From Squalus acanthias (lineage: Eukaryota), in assembly GCA_030390025.1 (NCBI GenBank), contig CM059432.1, positions 103,666,001 through 103,730,000 on the forward strand: DNA of 64,000 nucleotides, given 5' to 3'. The notes beneath the pieces were generated by a model that was not told the DNA's origin, did not search any database, and saw only the letters and a program-made list of their open reading frames with translations. A program made the position numbers and the translations under genes. Positions within the stretch are counted from its first letter, which is position 1; each line of letters starts with the position of its first letter. Positions 60,591 to 64,000 of the stretch are shown in pieces.

Positions 60591-62413
60591 TCATTGGGTA
60601 CCGGTGGACGGGGTTGTGGCATCTGTGGGGCCGGTAGCGACTGCCACCCTTCCTTGCGAAATCATAAGGGACCGCATGGCTCCCAACATTGATTCTATCG
60701 CATCGGGATGGATAGGCACACCAGCTCCTCTCTCAGAGACAGGCGCTTGGGTTCGGCCTGCGGGATTTTTATCCCTGGGGTCCTTCCAGGGGTTCCTACA
60801 GTTCTTACGCCAGTGACCTGTCTTCCCGCACCCGTAACAAGCACCACTGGCTTGTGGGGCGCGGTTTCCCTCCTGATGCCACTCTTTTTGAGCCGGGGCT
60901 GCGGGCTTTGCCTCATGCACCTTTCCCTTAAGGGGACGCGCTCCCGTGCTCCTAGTGTTCCGATACCCTATGGTGAGTCGATTTAGGACCGACTCCTCTG
61001 TTGTGGCGGGGTTAGTGGGATCAAACCACGCTTTGGCCTGCTCCCTGACGGCTGGCAAGCTGTTGGCTACGAAACACCTGAGCCAATGAGCTTTCCTGGC
61101 GCCGTTCAGATAGGTGCGCGCTGGCGCACCTGGGCAGCTACGCTGGTATACTGGCCACAGCCTGTCGGCGAAAACCTTCGGGGGTTCTCCCTCTATCTGT
61201 ATGGTTTGACTCAATCTGACGAACGGACCTTCGTCATCTGCCCCTAACACTTCTAGGACCTCGTCCCGTAACTCCTCATAGGTTTTATTTCCCTTCTTGC
61301 TCTCGTCTGAGAGACACTGAAGGATCGAGCTATCTAACGAGAACAGCAACATTTTGGTCTTTTCCTCATCGTCGCAGCCATTAATTGCTGCGGTCTGTTC
61401 TACCTCCCTAAAGTGTACGGAAGGGTCGTCTGATTCGGACAGCTTCCGTACATGGCTAATCATTGCTCTCAGCTGGTGTGAGCTGTGAGGCAATATAAGC
61501 TGGTTCAGGACATCCCCCTCTGCCCCATTGTCCCCATTCGGGCCTCTCTTGTGACCTCGGAGCGGACACATCGGTCCCGGTTTCGACTCTACCTCCGGGG
61601 ACTGTCCTACCTCGGGGACCTCCTTCTCTACTTCCACCACTTCCTCCCTTACCCAGGTTGCCGAATAGCTGGGTGGCGCGGAGGGCACAGTGGCAAATAC
61701 CTCCTCTGCTTTGTCTGGTAGGGATTTTGGGAATTCCCTACCCACCTGTGGCTGGTTTGCTGACGGGCTGATGAGACACACCAAGCCGTTTGCCTTATTC
61801 AGGGCCTCTCTTAGGTTCCCTATCTCCTTCTGGCAAACACTGTGGTCGGCTCCCTCATGCCTATCCTCGAGGGCCATCTTATATGCCGCCCTAACTCCCT
61901 TCGAGCTTTCTTCTTGGGCTTTTATCTGGCTCGCTAGGCGGGCACACCGTACTCTAATCCTACCCTCGTTTAATTTTGCTTCCGTGATCTGACACTCTAG
62001 GTAATCATTTTAGCCTCATGGTGGTTGGCTACTATCTGGCGTTCCTGATGTAACGCATTCAAGGATGCAATGAGTTTCTGTCCTCCCGTGATCTTTTCCT
62101 CCATCTCAACTTCCAAATCCCTGATCTGAGCTGCCTGTGCCACAATGACCTGGTCCGAAAGTTGGACTTGCTTCTTGTAGCACATCAGCCAGACCGCTTT
62201 CTCTACCGACTTCTTATGCTCTTTACTGCCTGTCCATTTGATGGCGGCGTCTAGCGGATGCTTATCCATCAGCAGGTCACTTATCCACCTTTTGGTTAAG
62301 TTAACCTTCCCAAACACATAGTCGGCTACCCTCTCATCCATCACATTTTGCCTATTCACACCAGGGTCTAAAACATTACTCTCTCGCTGCCAATGTCCTG
62401 CCGCGGTCGCCAT
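60591..62413 (-). pseudogene. gag: Gag (about 600 aa) split by a 1-nt frameshift near 62008-62011
   Basis: Coiled-coil-like N-terminus, zinc knuckle CYGCGKTGHWRKNC; adding one A joins the 138-aa and 428-aa ORFs (HHEAK-NDYLECQ...AAYK-MALED). Confidence 0.85.
62395..62412 (-). promoter_or_regulatory. Primer binding site, tRNA-Arg(UCG)
   Basis: TGGCGACCGCGGCAGGAC, 5 nt after the LTR CA; complementary to the 3' 18 nt of vertebrate tRNA-Arg-TCG as I recall its sequence. Confidence 0.85.
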
Positions 62414-62417
62414 TTTC

Positions 62418-64000
62418 TGTAAGGGGTTCTTGTCGTGCTTGTATCACAGACGGTGCTGGTGCGAGGTTAGGCCTTTGTTGCCTAATACTATTGCTTGCTC
62501 TGTTCTCCGGCCAGCCTTGTTGCAATAAGCACCTGTGAGTGGTTCGACCCACTCGCCCTTATGGTTCTAACACTGGACTTAGGTGCGAGAGCAGTAATGC
62601 AGAGAAAAACTCAAATAGACCCGGTTGAATAGTACGAAATGGAAAATCTTTATTGCATAGCGTCCAAGATCATGAAGTACATGTCATAGGCGCAAATTAA
62701 CGAGAGTACAAGTATACATACATTCATAAAGCTTGGTCTATGGTAATGAAGAATGCACGGCACATCGTAAAAAGGGGAACACATTATACTTTATCCTTAA
62801 TAAAACCACCCTCCCCTATCAATACCTACACTACATCTAGATTTGTAGGATTGGGAAACATGCTCACCACTCGTGATACTTCGGAGAATTTTAAACTGAG
62901 GCACTCGGCTCGTTCGCTGCAGTGCCTGACTGTCACGTGTTTGGAGGGGTCTCTGTACCCCACTTGTTTATCTTCGCTGCTGCGACAAGCAGGCCGGGCT
63001 CCCCGTTGTCATGAAGAACTTGACAGAACTCGGGCCCGGTTGTAGAACTCAAAGAAAAGTCTTCCTGTACTGACACCAGTTGTCGGTAGAATTCAATGAA
63101 GGGTCTTCCTATGGTGATGAAGTCGATGGACCCAAACCGGTTCGTGCAATAACCCGTAGAATTCAAGAAATGAGTTCTATATTTTCGGGCGCGGTAGGGG
63201 TTTACTGACCGCAGCGGCACGTGGATTCTTCTTCTTTTCTTATCATTTCGTCTTGTCTTGTTGGGCCTTCGGGTCCAGACACCGTTTACCGACTCTCGGG
63301 ATGGTGCACCCGGTCACTTGCCCTTGTCGAGGCGGCTCGTTCCGATTGAGCTCCACCCAACATTTGAATAACCGTCCAGTACGGCTAAAAGTCCAGAGTC
63401 AACAAAGTCCAGAGAAAACACAGAAGGCTGCTCGTCCAGCAGAGCGATACCCGAGGATCAGAATAAGAGAATAAGAGATGATTCGAGCGAATAAGAGAGC
63501 GATGGACATTTGTTCACTATAGTTATAGTGCTGTGTTCCCTTATCTCCCGCTCAAATCTTAATGTTTGTCCTTTGTGTAATATTGGCGCTCAAAACTCCC
63601 AGCATGGGGCGATTCTTTCCTTAACGGGTTTCGGTAGCACCTGAAACTGGCCAACTACCCGTTAATGTTTTCCCCATTGTTGAACCGGCTAGGAGCCTCC
63701 CTGGCTGGGTTTTTGGGGGCCCCCGAATGCTTGCTTAATCACCCGTCGATGTCTCTCTCATTGTAGAGCCGTGGGGGTATTTGTGTATTGATGTGTCTGG
63801 ATGGGCCTTCGATTGCCCAGTACAATGGTCCTTACTTGTGCATGGGAAACGATTCCAGCACTTATATCTTTTGCTATTGTTTCGAATGCAAACAGGTTGC
63901 ATCCTGTCTTTATCAGTGTTTATCGAGTATGATCCCGTCTTATATTGAAATGTTTATTCGAACGCCATCTTGTCTGCCCACTGTGATTCTGGAAGCTTCT
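62418..64000 (-). repeat. 5' LTR (at least 1.58 kb, incomplete in window)
   Basis: Ends TTACA before the PBS; AATAAA at 62649-62654; TATA-like TATAAC near 63525. Confidence 0.7.

Larger units (their letters stand above)
57216..64000 (-). mobile_element. Retrovirus-like provirus (lokiretrovirus/spuma-like pol), 3'-deleted; runs off the window
   Basis: 5' LTR, PBS, gag, pol (PR-RT-tether-RH-IN) and a 42-bp 3' LTR remnant. Confidence 0.92.

Noticed and set aside
57363..62413. Bona fide foamy virus
   Set aside because: Gag has a CCHC knuckle, PBS is Arg not Lys1,2, and gag-pol are in frame.
61997..62413. Separate upstream accessory ORF or programmed frameshift
   Set aside because: One missing A in a short run joins it to gag; no canonical slippery heptamer.

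Overview
Repeat-dense vertebrate genomic DNA, most likely from a cartilaginous fish (inferred from shark-type CR1 LINEs, Deu-type SINEs and Penelope termini). No rRNA, tRNA genes or CRISPR arrays were seen. The window is a stack of nested transposable elements: CR1 LINEs (one full-length), at least three near-complete two-gene PIF/Harbinger transposons (spliced Myb/SANT gene plus DDE transposase) and several remnants, MITEs of three superfamilies, two solo LTRs, a Vingi LINE, SINEs and a 32-bp minisatellite. Highlights: (1) a minus-strand retrovirus-like provirus (57216 to beyond 64000) with spuma/lokiretrovirus-like pol, tRNA-Arg(UCG) PBS, CCHC gag, an in-frame CAA-UGA-CUAG gag-pol readthrough junction and a deleted 3' end; (2) two Penelope-derived palindromes carrying minimal hammerhead ribozyme cores, each with a 12-bp TSD; (3) six phase-compatible candidate exons of an unidentified minus-strand host gene spanning 11858-49944; (4) a local duplication preserving both the empty and MITE-filled site. 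All calls are from reading the sequence by eye; no database searches were run.
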